Source of the DNA: Takakia lepidozioides
Lineage: Eukaryota; Plantae; Bryophyta
NCBI GenBank assembly: GCA_030704615.1
Contig: CM060731.1
Location: 49,414,001 to 49,478,000 of the forward strand
Length of the DNA stretch: 64,000 nt
Reading direction: 5' to 3'
The notes beneath the pieces were generated by a model. It did no database searches. It was given only the letters and a program-made list of their open reading frames with translations, and was not told the origin of the DNA. A program made the position numbers and the translations under genes. Of the stretch, positions 36,866 to 50,100 are shown one piece after another (within the stretch, counting starts at the first letter, position 1; each line of letters begins with the position of its first letter).

Positions 36866-37610
36866 CACTAGGGTAGCATGTGCCGTTGGCCCAAGTGTCC
36901 AGTGTCATCTAAGTCCAATTGCCATCCCCTATGTATCCAAGTGCGTCTCCTATGTCGAGGCCCAAATGCATCCTCTAGGGTAGCTTGTGCCTTTGGCCCA
37001 TATGTGAAGAATTGAAATCTAAGACCAAGTGTAATTTCTTATGTGTCCCAGTGCGTCTCCTACGTCGAGGCCCAAGTGCGACCTCTAGTGTAGCCTATGC
37101 AGTTGGCCCATGTGTCAAGAATTTAAATCTAAGCCCAAGTGCAATATTCTATTCATGTATCCAAGTGCATCTCTCATGTACAGGCCGGGCAAGTGTCCAA
37201 TGTCATCTAAGCCCACGTGCGCCAATCCCATATGTATCCAAGTGGGTCTCCTATGTCGAGGCCCAAATGCGACCTCTAGGGTGGCCTGTGCCGTTGGCCC
37301 AAGTGTCCAGTGTCATCTAAGTCCAAGTGCAACCGCCTATGTATCTAGAGACCCTCATGTTTGGGAGATCTAGGCCTAGGGCAGCCTGCGCCATTGGCCC
37401 ATGTGTTAAGAATTGAAATTCGTCCAATCCCCTATGTATTCAAGTAGCGTCTCATATGTCAAGGCTCATGTGTGAAGAATTGAAATCTAAGCCCAAGTGC
37501 AATTTCTTATGTATCCAAGTGGGTCTCCTATGTCGAGGCCCAAATGCGACCTCTAGTGTAGCCTGTGTCGTTGGCCCAAGTGTCCAGTGTCATCTAAGTC
37601 CAAGTGCATC
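36866..37610. repeat. Degenerate minisatellite with ~100-120-bp units
   Basis: Recurrent CTAGGGTAGC.TGTGCCGTTGGCCCAAGTGTCCAGTGTCATCTAAGTCCAA and GTCTCCTATGTCGAGGCCCAAATGC. Confidence 0.8.
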
Positions 37611-37959
37611 AATATATGAAGCAAGCCATATCCAATCATTTTATTTCCACAGAGCCTACGACCAGATTTGAACCGGAGACCTTCCCCTTGATATCTCTCC
37701 CATCGAGGCTCCAACCATTGTCCCAGGAATGCCCACTTTGCCAGTTTTGCTATTTTTCGGGAATTTCCAGCGACCAAAAGTACTTGAAATTCCATATCTC
37801 CCACATCGCAAGTCCAAAAATTGTGAGACCAAGCCCGTGCACCCCTCCTCGTTGAGGGTTTTCCAACGGTACCAATCACCAAGGCTGGGGCCTCGCGGTT
37901 GGGGACATCTCAACGTGGCAAAAACAAACAAAACAAAAACAAACGTCTCGCTTCATATA

Positions 37960-38426
37960 TTGACGTCCTACCAATGTGGTATAATCCACACTAGTGTAAA
38001 ATAAGCCCAGTAACCTTTTTCACACCGTGTCTAGTCAGCATGCCACCTCTGAGTCCCTTAATCGACGTGTCCAACCAATGTGACATAATCCACACTAGTG
38101 TAAGATAAGCCCAGTAACATTTCTCACACCATGTCTAGTCAACATGCCACATCATATAGTTGATCCCCATTGTGTGGATTAACTTACATTATATGGCTCA
38201 TTCTCACACTGGTGTGAGATAAGCCTTGTATACCGTTCGATACCTTCTTGGTCAACGACTATTGACCACATAAGATGTAAGCTTGGTGTAGACTAGTCTA
38301 TACAAAGCGGGTTTTCTTACACTGGCTCAATCTACACCAACGAGATTTTACAGGGGTGTAAGATTATACGTAAAAAACAGGTGTGAACTACCCGTGATGT
38401 AAATAAAGCCAAGATCTCTTGTAGTG
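37960..38426. mobile_element. Right end of a non-autonomous CACTA element (left end not identified)
   Basis: TACAC/GTGTA/CACAC subterminal motifs ending AAGATCTCTTGTAGTG. Confidence 0.6.
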
Positions 38427-40119
38427 GTAGTGGTTGTAAACTACCTATAGCTTCTCTATAAGGCACTCCATTCATACCATCAGCCTTTTCTACTCATGTC
38501 ATGGGCTCGTCAACCTTGGAAATGTTACAATTAATATCCAGGGGTGTGCTTACTGGCTTGCACTCTTTCATACCGAAATGTCGGAGAACATCTCTTATTA
38601 TATATTTGCCTTGACCCAGATTAATGGTTTGTTCCCTTTGTCGCGGATGATCTGGAATATACCCAAACAATATTCTACTTCCCCAGATCCTTTATTTCAA
38701 ACTCATGACTAGGAAACTTCTTAACCATGTCGAATACTTTCACTCAAGATGAAAAAATCATCAACATAAAGTGCTAGAAACACATGCCCATCATTTTCCT
38801 CTCTGAGTAAGAAAAGCACTTTGATATGACTCACACCTTTTGAAGCCAAGTTTCTGAAGTGATGTGTTGATCTTTGCATTCCAAACTCTTTATGCTTGCT
38901 TTAGGCCATATATAGCCTTCTTTAATTTGCACACCAAGACTTTGTCATTGGAGACTTCATATCTGATTGGCTGGACCATATAAATGTCTTTTGTTAGGTC
39001 TCCATTAAAAAAAAAACAATTTTCACGTCCACCTAGTGTATTTCGAAATTGCAGATTGCCCCAAAGACAAGCAAAGTTATGTAAAGGAGAAGGGCCTAAG
39101 TGGAGGGCCTTTCGCCATTTGAGGGCCGTAGACGAGGGCTCGAGGCCTATGTCCTGAAAATGTACATGTGGGCCCTTCTCCTGCCCGAATTATGCGAAGT
39201 GTAGCCTTAAGAAATCGTAAGGCTCCTGCGGCAAAAAATACTGATCTTACGAAAACGTAAGATTACCATTTGCAAGGCATTGTCAGATTGGAGATTGCGC
39301 TAGGTAAGGCAGCACAAAATTCGGGCAGTTTACGATAGAGGAAAGTTTTGCCACTGGTGTGTAGGTCTCATCAAAATCGTATGTGCAAACCCTTTGCTAC
39401 CAACCTCGCTTTGTATCGATCCACCTCACCATTTGTCTTTTGCTTAATTTTGAAGATTATAGGACCCACCCCCGAAAGTGGGTAGTAGCCACAAGGTGAA
39501 GTGGGTCTTAGTTACGTCGGCTTCGGCCAAAGTCATCTCTCTCTCTAATTTTGAAGATCCACTTGATTCCTATTGCCCTCCTCCTGCATCGATGTGCATG
39601 CCAATTTCAATATGCCGGGAGTGGATATGGCAACGAATTTACAGAAATCTCAAACGCTAAAAAGCTTACTTGCCATGGGATCGTCCATTTCACAATGTAT
39701 GGGAGTGGTTGACATGCCTACATGGAAGTTCGTACACTTAGAGAACGAAGTATTTATATGAAAATCGCTAGCCTCAGATACAAAAGCAGCGACTTGACTG
39801 TTTTCTCAGCTCTCAAAGAGAAAGAAGAGAAATCATCGAGAGCACTGAAAGAGGTTTGTGCGCCTGATACCTTAAACCAGGATATGATAAACATCAAACA
39901 GTTTAGATGACTCGAACAAAAGTAGTAAGGGTTAAGCTTACCGCAACAATGTAGTAATCGTATCCAAGGTTTCATATCGAGTTCCACTGCGAAGATAACT
40001 CCTTAGAATTACAAATAGCAGTGCAATGCAAGTACTTGATTTGCAACTAACATAATCATACTCGCTGGTTTTGAGAGTACAACCGTCCTGCACACAAGGA
40101 GCTTTTGGGGACGTTTCCT

Positions 40120-40400
40120 CTGTAGCAAGTGGAAAAGGTGTCTTTTACTCCCTAACACTTACCTCTGTCAGAGGGGAATATTTTTTTCCTTCAAGAATTC
40201 CTGAAAAAATTGTATTACAGAGGGAAAAAGTGTAACATTACCATACCACTCTGAAAAACTATAGGGAAAAGTGGGACTTTACCATATCACACTAGAAAAC
40301 AACAGGGGAAAAAGTGACATGGCCAAATCACATTGGAAAATTACTGGGGAAAAAGTGTAAAAAAGTGGGAAAAAGTGCCAAATCACCTCTGTCCCCTGTT
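40120..40400. repeat. GGGAAAAAGTG-type short repeats, probably a transposon terminal remnant
   Basis: Repeated GGAAAAAGTG/GGGAAAA units. Confidence 0.4.
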
Positions 40401-42427
40401 TAAAAAAACCACACACGCCTATGACGCTTTGCGAAGAGGAGCAGGTAAGCGATGGCTGGAAGAGGAGGGGGATTCTTAGCACGAGTGAACGTCGTCAACG
40501 AGATTATTGACGATCGCCTTGCTACCAAGTACTTATTTTTTCTCCTATGCCACTTCTCTCTCTCTCTGGTCTCCGTTTCTGCATACATTTCTTCATACTG
40601 GAAAATGGTGAAACATTCTAAAATTTCTAAATAACTAAAGAGTTCACACCAATTACCCAAATGGAGCTTGATTCGCTTCATAGGATAGATTTAAAGATGT
40701 GGGCATGGCTAAAGGTTCCAACTGGTGAATTAGGAGGGTAGTGCTCTTTTACGCAGAGTTGTAACTGCGAAGGCTTTCGTGTGGTCTTGCACTCTAGTTT
40801 CTTACAAGCCTTTTATCTTTGCAGTCTTTTAGGCTTGGGAGGATCTTTACAGCAGTGGAAGATTAGCAATCTTGTTACTTGATGACTTAATAGAGAGGTA
40901 CTCATTTCAAAAGAGAGGTACTTCATTGCATGTCTGGACCCTTTAAGAAAGTGGCTTGGTTAGGTTTCCATGTGGCCATACCATGCCAACCCACAACTTC
41001 CACAACTCTTCATAACCTTGAAATGTATATGTTATGCACTGAGTGGTGTTGACATGCACATATGGCTCCAGCATGTTGTGAAATTGAGAATCACGTATCT
41101 CATACTTCACCATGTAGTTGTCTCTTCCACCTTGTATAAACAATGTCAAAGAGGGCAGGTGGTCATGTAGGATGACTGGTTTCTATTGACAGGGGACCTT
41201 AGCCACCTTCCATAGGTATGGAGGCCTTAGCAAGTACTGGTCAAGAAATTGTGGTTAATGGTTGTTCTATCTGGTTGGAGATTTTGTTGTTCTCCGTCAA
41301 GAAGTGAGGCCGAAATTGAAAATGTTCATATGGGGTGGGACTTGGATTGGCAGGTGAACGGATGGTGGTTGCAACTTTGGTGGAGTTAGGTCTGACCCTC
41401 TTAGATGAAGTGGTTGAGGAGATCATTGATAAGGTGCATTTACCCGTGTGCTTCTGTCTATATGTGTCAAGCACTCACTGTTTTGGGAATTCCCCGCAAC
41501 CGTTTTTTTGATAGCTTTATGAAACAATTTTGCAAGGTTTCGTGTGAATAGGAAAAAACTCTGATTCTACAGTAGGATAAAGCTTTTGGCTTAGTGGTTG
41601 CCGAGTCCTTTGCTTGACAAACCTGGTCATTCTGTAGTGGAACTTTCCAATGGGAAGTGGCCACCCATTGATGACAGTCTTGTTTGAAATACATACATGA
41701 TATTGCAATTGGAAGTGCAATCAAAAACACATCGCCCGCAGCTCTTGCTTGTCACTGATTCAAATTGTCTTCATTAGTTTTCAATCATGAATTTTTGTAG
41801 TTGTAACAGTCAACTAACCTAAATTGACTGCATTTATTATCTTTTTAACTGGTTGCTGTAGGTGGTTGTAAGGCCCCAGCTGCATCTGGCTGCTAAGAGG
41901 CCTACTCAGATAGTAACGGCCACACCTACTCACTATAGGCCCAGCTAGCTAGCTGGGCTGTTAAATTGTGCACGGGGATTCAGTTAACACCTCACCCCTG
42001 CTGTTAAATCTTGGTCACCTGTTAAGGATGGGAAGATAGACAAGGAAGCTGAATGGCGCAGTTTGGTGTAGCAGCGCCCCACTCTTCTCAAAGAACATGA
42101 CTCTCCCCTACCTCAAGTGAGTACTATATTCTCTCTTTTATGTTCTGCCTGCATTTTTCAAGGTTTTGACCATCAATGTTTGAATGCAGGATGTGACTCA
42201 GCTGCACGTTGCTATGAATCTTGCCCTGCAAGGTTGTTTGCACTCTCACAAGGTTCCTGATGTTGGTTAGAATACCTGAGGTTGTTCACATCTAATGGAC
42301 TGTGTTTTTGGTGTATTTCTGCTGGTGTAACAGGGACATCACAACAACTTTCCCCAGTTTTATTTTCCATTCACAGGTGGAGGAGACCTAAAGGTTCAAA
42401 AGAGGGGCACTTGTAACTGAACCTCGT

Positions 42428-44970
42428 ATGACTATTGATTCTAGAGGGCCAAAATACTTGGTTGTAATGGATGATCAAGGAAGACTGCGCTGTAGTTGTT
42501 CTTACAGATGTCAACACTTCGCTCCCGGATTTGCTTGGTTGCCAAAGAGGACATGGTACAACCATGAGAGAAAATCTCAAGCAGGAGAATTGCATCACGA
42601 TGTGAGGAGGCTGTTAAGGCAAGATCCTTCTCCTCCGGTATTGTCTATGGACGTCACAGAGGGGCCATCCACGTCTGGTGGAACTACATTTGTGTCGCAA
42701 GCTTTGAATGAACGACTTCTGCTACCATGTTTTTGTCATTTGTGCAATGGCCAACGGAAATGGACCCAGGGAACGGTGAATAAGCATTATAGTTACGAAA
42801 GAATGCGGAATCAATTGATGGCCATCCCTACACTAAGAGAAGATGACAAAGAAGAAGGTCCCGATATCTCTCTTCTGGCGAGGGACATGGTGAATACTGA
42901 TACAATCTAGGTGGTCCCAAGTTCTTCTGCCCCTGAATTGGTGCAAGTAAGCTTCAAAGGCCGGCTTAGAGCTCACATGAGGCTCTCATGGCGCGGATTA
43001 TTGAATTACAGGTGCTTCTTGATAAGTGCCAGACGCCAATCCATGCACAAGGACAAATCCTGAAGAATTTGTTTGGATCACTGACTGAGCAACCCCGTGT
43101 GATGGACTCAGGGTTCATGGATTACAAAGACTTATCCTTAGGACGATTGTTGTCTCTTCAAGGTTCAGATTGGGATTGAGACATCAATGGATTTCGAGCC
43201 CCCACGTCATGGAAGCAACTTACAAGCATCTACAAGGGTCTCGGCATGGTGGAGGCACAAAAGTGGCGACTTTGCACAGGTGACAAGAATGGAGGGCATG
43301 CTCCTGCATTGATGAAGCCTCATGTTGAGGATGATCTTGATATGCAGCTCGACTGTTTATGTGTTTCGAAGACCAGGGTCAAGCATAGAAGAGACTGCTC
43401 TAAGTGTGGTCAGAAGTGCCCTGTGTGCGAGAAAATGAGAAAAGATGTCTTGTCCTTTGAGTATTTGCCTATAAGAGGTATACTAGCTAGTATGTGTTTA
43501 AGCCGCACATTTTGCCACCATTTTTTGGCTTTATGGAGGAACAGGGAAGTATGGAGAGGGCTTCCAAATGATTTCATTCCTGCTACCCTGAAGGAGTTCT
43601 GGGATGGCGGGAAGCTACGTGAATATCAAGCATTTTGGGATCCTGAGGCAGATTGGGAAGCTCCCATCATTTGCCCGAATCATATGTGCAAACGTAGTTT
43701 TAGAGCATTTCCCTAGACTTTGAGATGCAAAGAGCTACAACATGGTTGGATTCATGAGCTTGGGGTGTACTCTTTTCCTTGTCCAGAATGCGCTACTCGT
43801 GTGAAGGCAACACGGCGTTTGCAAAAGGTTGGTAACACTTCACATTTTTTTTGCCAACCCCATAATTCATTTCTTCCAAGAAGCTCTCTCCCTTTGGAGC
43901 ATGCTAGTCTCTAAGTTAACGTCCTGCAGTGATGCCTCCATATTTCAAACATTTGTTTGTTTTTAGTCAAAACTGATGGGTTGGGTTTGACTGGGTTTGA
44001 TCATTATGGGTTTTGTTGTTGTAGGGAGATCCCCGAAATTTTGCTCTCTTAGGCCATTGGGATGGCTTCCAGGGTGCAAGGACAAGGCAACGGGACTATT
44101 GGACACTTGAGGTTGTTGTGCTAAACACAGGGAAGATCTCCCCTTTGGGCCCATTCCCAATCCTCTTCATACCTGCTAGCTCTGATAAGATCATCAAGCA
44201 AACTGACACAAGCATCTTATCTACCTTTTTAGAGCCCTTCATTCAAGAACTAGAAGAAATGTTTATCCATGGCTTCCCTATATCATATGCGTACCCGACG
44301 GATCTTGTGAGTGAACATCTTTTGCAAGGGCCTGTTGGTGAGACCATTACATTACGTGCCATCTTGATGATGTACAGTGGGGATCACCCTGCCCAGTGCA
44401 AGGGGGGGGGTCTAAAAGATGGAGGGTACTCAGGTTGTAGGCATCATGAGCTGAACTTGGAATTGCAAAGAAGAGGTTCAAGTTCTAGAGCAACTTTGGA
44501 GTACCAAAATACACGTGAAGAAGCACGCCACCCCCTTCCAGTGCGAAGTTGTGAGAGCATCTTTGATGCAGTAACTGTATGGCAACAATTACCTCATGGA
44601 AAAGAGAGAGTGGTGGAAGAGAGGAGAGGTGGCATATCAGGCCACTCCATCATGTGGCGCTTGTACCATCTGTACGGATTTGACATTTCTTTGGATCTTG
44701 TGTATGATGTAATGCACACCCTGGCTCTAAAATGTACTGAAGAAGTATGTTGTTTTGCTGGTTGAGACCATGGAGATGTTAGGTCGGATAAAAGAGCTCG
44801 AGGAAGCGCTTGCAATTGCAACACAACACAGACCCAAAGGCTTGGGAGGGCGGTGGCCCAGGATGCTGAAATCCTTGGGTTATTATAAGGCAGAAGAGTA
44901 TCAATTATTTGTGATGTGGCGTTTGCCCTACATATTGGATCATCTTGATCTTCTGCGCCCGGACACCATC
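42428..44970 (+). pseudogene. Divergent CACTA/CMC-superfamily (Transposase_21-like) transposase, decayed and 3'-truncated
   Basis: PCFCHLCNG..NKH, FEYLPIRGILASM, EFWDGGKL, PRNFALLGHWDGF, FLEPFIQELEEM, SGDHPAQCK..YSGCRH, YDVMHTLAL, YKAEEYQLF; several stops and frameshifts. Confidence 0.8.
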
Positions 44971-45349
44971 TCAAAGACGATTAGTAAATGATGGTCCAAT
45001 TTAGTGACGAGATTGCTGAAAAAGAAATATCTATTTTTCTTTTTCTAGGTCTTCTGGCCTTTTGGCAAAGTCTGGTGACTTTTCCATATGCTCAAATAGA
45101 TTATTCGTGTTGTTACTTACCTGCCAAGTCGGTAACAAAATTGTCCACTGTAGAAGCAGTGTAATAAACAGTTATGTTAACACCATGACGTCTAATCAAG
45201 CTAAAGGGTGCATTATCCATCCATTTTTTTTGGAGTCGTTCCGCGCCAAAAGGCCCTACGGGCCGTTCGCTTGAGCCATTCCTGGAACGGAGGGTAGGCA
45301 TGAAGAGGTCTGGTCTGGAAAAAGGAAGACCGTTGAAGAATACGTACAC

Positions 45350-46545
45350 TTCCGGTTGGGAAGTGTCTCTGTCTTCTTTACTTCTTATTATTCTTTTCGT
45401 TTACTTTTCCCAACCTTTTTAGCACCAACAAATTCGTTCAAGCGAGACATCTTACGATGTCACGATGCGCCTATTCTTATGGCAATCCCTTTAATCCTTT
45501 TAGCTTCTGGAAGTATTTTTGTAGGATACTTGGCCAAAGTGTGACATGTTAGCTTATAAGTCACTCCTGTGACGAAGCGGTTGATGCTCACCCAACACAG
45601 AAGAAATATATATTCTTTTCGAGGTGAACGATAATTGAGAATTGGATGCGGGCAAAATTCCACTACAATAGATCGCGGTAGTTATGAATGCCAAACCGTG
45701 GTAGTCATGGTTTTCTTGACTTTGACCATGACTGCACCATGTTTTTATATGAAATTGACCTCCCGCAGTCGTTCATACGACTGTAGTCATATGAACGACT
45801 ATCTAAGTAGTCGTCTGTATTATTACATGGCTCCGGAATGGGCGGAAGGCTGGTCAACGGCAATTGACCAGATTTAGCTCACCATTCATAGTCATTTCCA
45901 TGACTACAGTGTACATGGATGAGATTACATAGTCATGATGACTACTGGGGATTTTATAGTTTGGTGTGTATAATATAATGAAAACACCATATGATCACAT
46001 GAATGACTAATGGGTGTATTGGTTAGCAGGTAGTGAACTATAACTCTTATAGTAAAGAGGTTGCAAGTTCGAACCCCTCTAAGTACAATCAAATGGATAA
46101 GATGGCCCTAGGGTTAGTAGGCGTGCTAGGGATAGCACGTGGTAGCCTAGATGTGCTGCCATGTGGTTTTTTCATTATTATAAAATACATTATGCCACGT
46201 GGCACAATGCGGTGCGACGCAGCGTCCGACATATGTTTTTATTTTTTCCTCGTTTTTTTAATTTAATTTAATTTTTAATCAATTACGCCTCGTCACGTGG
46301 CGCGGCAGCGGCGACTGCAGTATGATGATATATATGACTGCAGTGAGAGATATCACTTGGTTCATCTGACTGTAGTCATCCGGACCGTACCATCTTGTAC
46401 TCATTGTATTCACTTGGTTTGCACGACTTACAGTCATAGAAGTCATATGTACCGTTTATGACTACAAAATAGTCATAGATACAGTCATAAATACCGTGAT
46501 CTATTGTAGTGTTTCCGCCAATGGCTGAGAGGTTTAATCGACTCT
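45350..46545 (+). other. nad5: NUMT: mitochondrial nad5 exon fragment (45350-45538) plus the 5' part of group II intron nad5i1455, interrupted by a MITE
   Basis: [63 protein letters not shown] followed by GTGTGACATGTTAGC..GTGACGAAGCGG; the intron resumes after the MITE (GCCAATGGCTGAGA). Confidence 0.88.
45661..46511. mobile_element. Non-autonomous CACTA element (851 bp)
   Basis: TIRs CACTACAATAGATCGCGGTA / TACCGTGATCTATTGTAGTG (19/20); internal TAGTCAT/ATGACTA repeats; flanks TTC and TTTC. Confidence 0.92.
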
Positions 46546-46547
46546 CT

Positions 46548-46990
46548 TTCCTTGTTCTCCAAACGTTGCAGTGAACTCGGACATAAATGCTTCAAAATTG
46601 TATAGTAAATGCGCTTTTTTTTCTAATAGCGGTGCAGATCAAGATAGGGCAGTGCCTGACAGAAGGGTGCACACGAATCCCACTTGAATACCTTCATCAG
46701 GATAGCGTTGTGGATGTAGTCGTAGGAACAGTCGTACTTGTTAAACAAAACCGCGAAATCTTGATCTCGTCCCATCAAATTTCTCGGGCATGCTAATCTT
46801 TGGTTCTCTCGTAATCTGTTGAAGAGGAACCGTTGCAGTAGGAGCTGTTGCAATAGGGACTCGTATGGTTGAAGATCCATTGTTCGACTCCTTTAACTCT
46901 GAAATTTGTTGTTGCAAATTGTGGAAAGCATTGCCAAGATCTTGAGACTGATCAGCTTGCAATTGGAGATCAAAGGAGACCAATGTCCCA
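46548..46990 (-). pseudogene. Ty3/gypsy gag fragment
   Basis: EPKISMPEKFDGTRSRFRGFV*QVRLFLRLHPQRYPDEGIQVGFVCTLLSGTALS*SAPLLE..NFEAFMSEFTATF. Confidence 0.8.
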
Positions 46991-47140
46991 ATGGACACCT
47001 CAAAAGCCACAAGGTCAAAAAATCCATGCCTCAAAAGGCCCAGCCAAAAACAAGCAAGCCCACACATGGGCTGAATTGTTGTAGCTAGTATGTTCTAGTG
47101 CTATTAGAATCAAGAACTCTGTTAAACAGTGCAATACTGA

Positions 47141-50100
47141 CTATCCCTTCCGCAACTCCATAAGTTTCAGTAACTTTAGACTCCAAAGTGTTGTTTGGCC
47201 AACCACCTGCCCCAACTCGGTCTGTTTCCTAACACCATTCACATATGGTAGAGGGGTGTTACTGACACATGCCTCTTTGATGTACACACAGGCATAATCA
47301 AGGGGCACAACAGGGTACCCGTAACCCACCACATCACCTTGAAGAGCAACAATCAGCCCTACTCCACATTTCTTGCGTTTGGAGTTCACATCCAACAGCC
47401 GAACCTCGTCACCCACCCTGAACTGTGATCCCAACTCCACACAAAAAGAACACGATGTGAAAACCCATGACATACACACGACTAAGACACTCAACATTTG
47501 CGAGTTAAAGAGAGCCCCAAGGTTGGAAAAAATAAAACAAACAAGACAACGGCCTGGACTTACTCCATTTGCAATCTCCAGTGGTGGTGAGACCTCTTTT
47601 GGGGGGCTACTCGCCGGGTCGACACTCTTGCCCCTCGTCTGTACCGGCTTGTCGACAATATCACCTTTGTTTGTCACAAGTTCCTGTGTCACAGACCAGA
47701 GAACAACCAAGAAAGCAATGAGCAAACATGAATAGTGAATAGAAACAAAATCCAAGTATGAATCAAACAAAAAAAACCAACATGAAAAGCTGCAAAGAAA
47801 ACCTAACATTAATCAAGCAACCGAGGAGAAGCATCCAGGAAAGCAATGCAATGAATGAACCTACAAAATTGTAGCCTCTGGAGCACTGTCAGAATGTTTG
47901 TACCTTCACAGTAGCAGTGTTGTATGGTTGTTGTCCGAAAACAGGCTTAGACTCCAAAAACTTGGGAATACTGGCAGCTTTCGATGCCTTCCACAAGAAA
48001 GGCCACAACACCTCTGTTAGATACTCATCAGTTGGTGAATCTGGTTGCACCTTCCATGGCTCTGGAAAAATCCCACTGAAGGGAGGATTGTTTGTCGCCT
48101 TTCTTGGTGTGTCGTCAACAAGAACAGTGTCCTAATAAGTCCATTCTGGCCAGTCTGCCCACACTGTAGACAAGTTCTTGAAATATAATGGCTTTGAATC
48201 AGACCCCTTACGGCATGGAGAACTGGATCCTCGTCACAGTGAAGGGCATCCCACTGGAAAACCAGGTTAGTGTGGGCTGCAAAAATATAGTCCACCATTG
48301 GGAAAGAAGTTGCAAGCTTGGCAACAAGACACACCGCCACCTCAAAGTGTTCAAAACACTTTTGCAAAACGTCATAACAGCGTGGTCTCAAAACTACCAT
48401 CTTCTTGCCACACATCTTCCCCACAAAAACCTTTGGGAAGGGATGCAGGCCCATTAGCGGAATGAAAAGATTCACATAACAGACCATTTAAGTCCAGAAT
48501 TAGTAAATGCTTCCTCGTTGGTCCAGGAAGTAAACTGACATTTGGCTTCAATATGTGAGCAGGAGAAATTAAAGCAACCTGCTTGTTTGTTTTGTCCCCG
48601 TCTGCATCTTCCTCCCCATTTAAACTCCCACATACCTGCATACCAGAATCCGGTGTGCCCGACGGCTCTGTCACCATTGCCCCCTGGACTGCTACTGCCT
48701 TTGTACGTGGCAAGGGCTAAATTTCCACGTGTACCTCACAGCTGGCCTTCCCTGTATCCTGCTGCTGCTCGGTCAAATTCAAAAGATCATCAGTGACATG
48801 AAGACATAAGGGCTTAGAGTGAGCACCAGTTACCGTCTAAAATTGGGATTCCAAAACATTTTGATACTGTCACAGCAGACATATCCATCGTAGATGTCAC
48901 TGGTCCTGCGCCTGGTAGATTAATCCCAATCTGATCACAATGGCTTTCTGGTACTCAATCATACTCTGCATCTGTAATTTTAATTCTGCCTGCCATGTCA
49001 CGTCCTTGTGATTCCACCAGTTTGTCCAAGCCATCTATCCTGCCAACTACTGTAGAATATGCGAGACTTCCCTCCTGCCAATCCATGAAAACTTGCCCAA
49101 GTATGAATCAAACCAAAAAAACCTAGCATGAACAACCATTGGAAAGAAAACCCAGGCCAAAAGCCGTGAAAAAACCCTAGCAACCTATGATGCAGCAACC
49201 ACTCTAGCAACGTGGAAAACACACTTACCCGCCTGTCACTCCTAGCTGACAACCGTGACACTGAACCCTCTTGAATTTCATATAATGTAGGAGGGCACCC
49301 TGATAGTGTTTCCTACAAATTAATTCATGCCACAAACAAACCCATGCCACAAGTCAGTAAGCAATGTGAGGGCTGACTATATACACATAGCAATTCAATG
49401 AGGAAAAAAAATACAGAGTCGTGATGATGCCACTTACCAAGCGTGCTTCCACCATTGCCTTCCCACCACGGCCAGTCTTGGTAGGATTCAGAATTGGACC
49501 ATTTGCCTTCTTCATGTTGTCCGACACTTTGTGGAACACCTCTGTCTACCAGTAACTTACAAGCTTGTTCCATACCTCGTCAGATACAGTAATGGGTTTC
49601 CCCTTACCACCCAACCACGCAGTGTGTGCTTCATAACGCTGGCTCTTCATTATTCTGCCAATTGTTTGTTTTAGGTGGAAGTCTCTTAACTTGTGTGGCG
49701 TATATGAAAATAGCTTAGCCAGGTGATCTCTGATTTCGTATACAACTTCATCAGGTTGGTTGTTGATGACAAGGGAACAATCTAGCTTGCGATAAGCCTG
49801 TCCTTTAAGGGCAGCGTGCCATACATTCCGGGTCTGACCATACGGGGCTCCTTTGAGGTTCGTCAAAATCACCGTGGGAGGAAGACCTGCAGCTATTCTC
49901 TCTTCCTTCACCTTGGCAGCTTCAATTTTGGCTGAGCTATTAGCCCTCCTTAAAGCATTGGTTCTATCATTCTTTGAAATGGCACCCTTCCCTCATTCAG
50001 AGACCTCCGTGCTCAGGAGAATTCAAAGCAGGATCCTGCCAAGTAGGGACTGGTGGCCATGGCTGTTGGCCAGAAGGCCGAGGACCATACTGGCCATACT

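Noticed and set aside
36435-38426. CACTAT at 36435 as the left end pairing with GTAGTG at 38426
   Set aside because: The TIR match stops after 5 nt and the flanks (TGG and GTA) differ
45113-45349. 78-aa ORF as an intron maturase or the end of a preceding nad5 intron
   Set aside because: No RT motifs and no group II domain V seen
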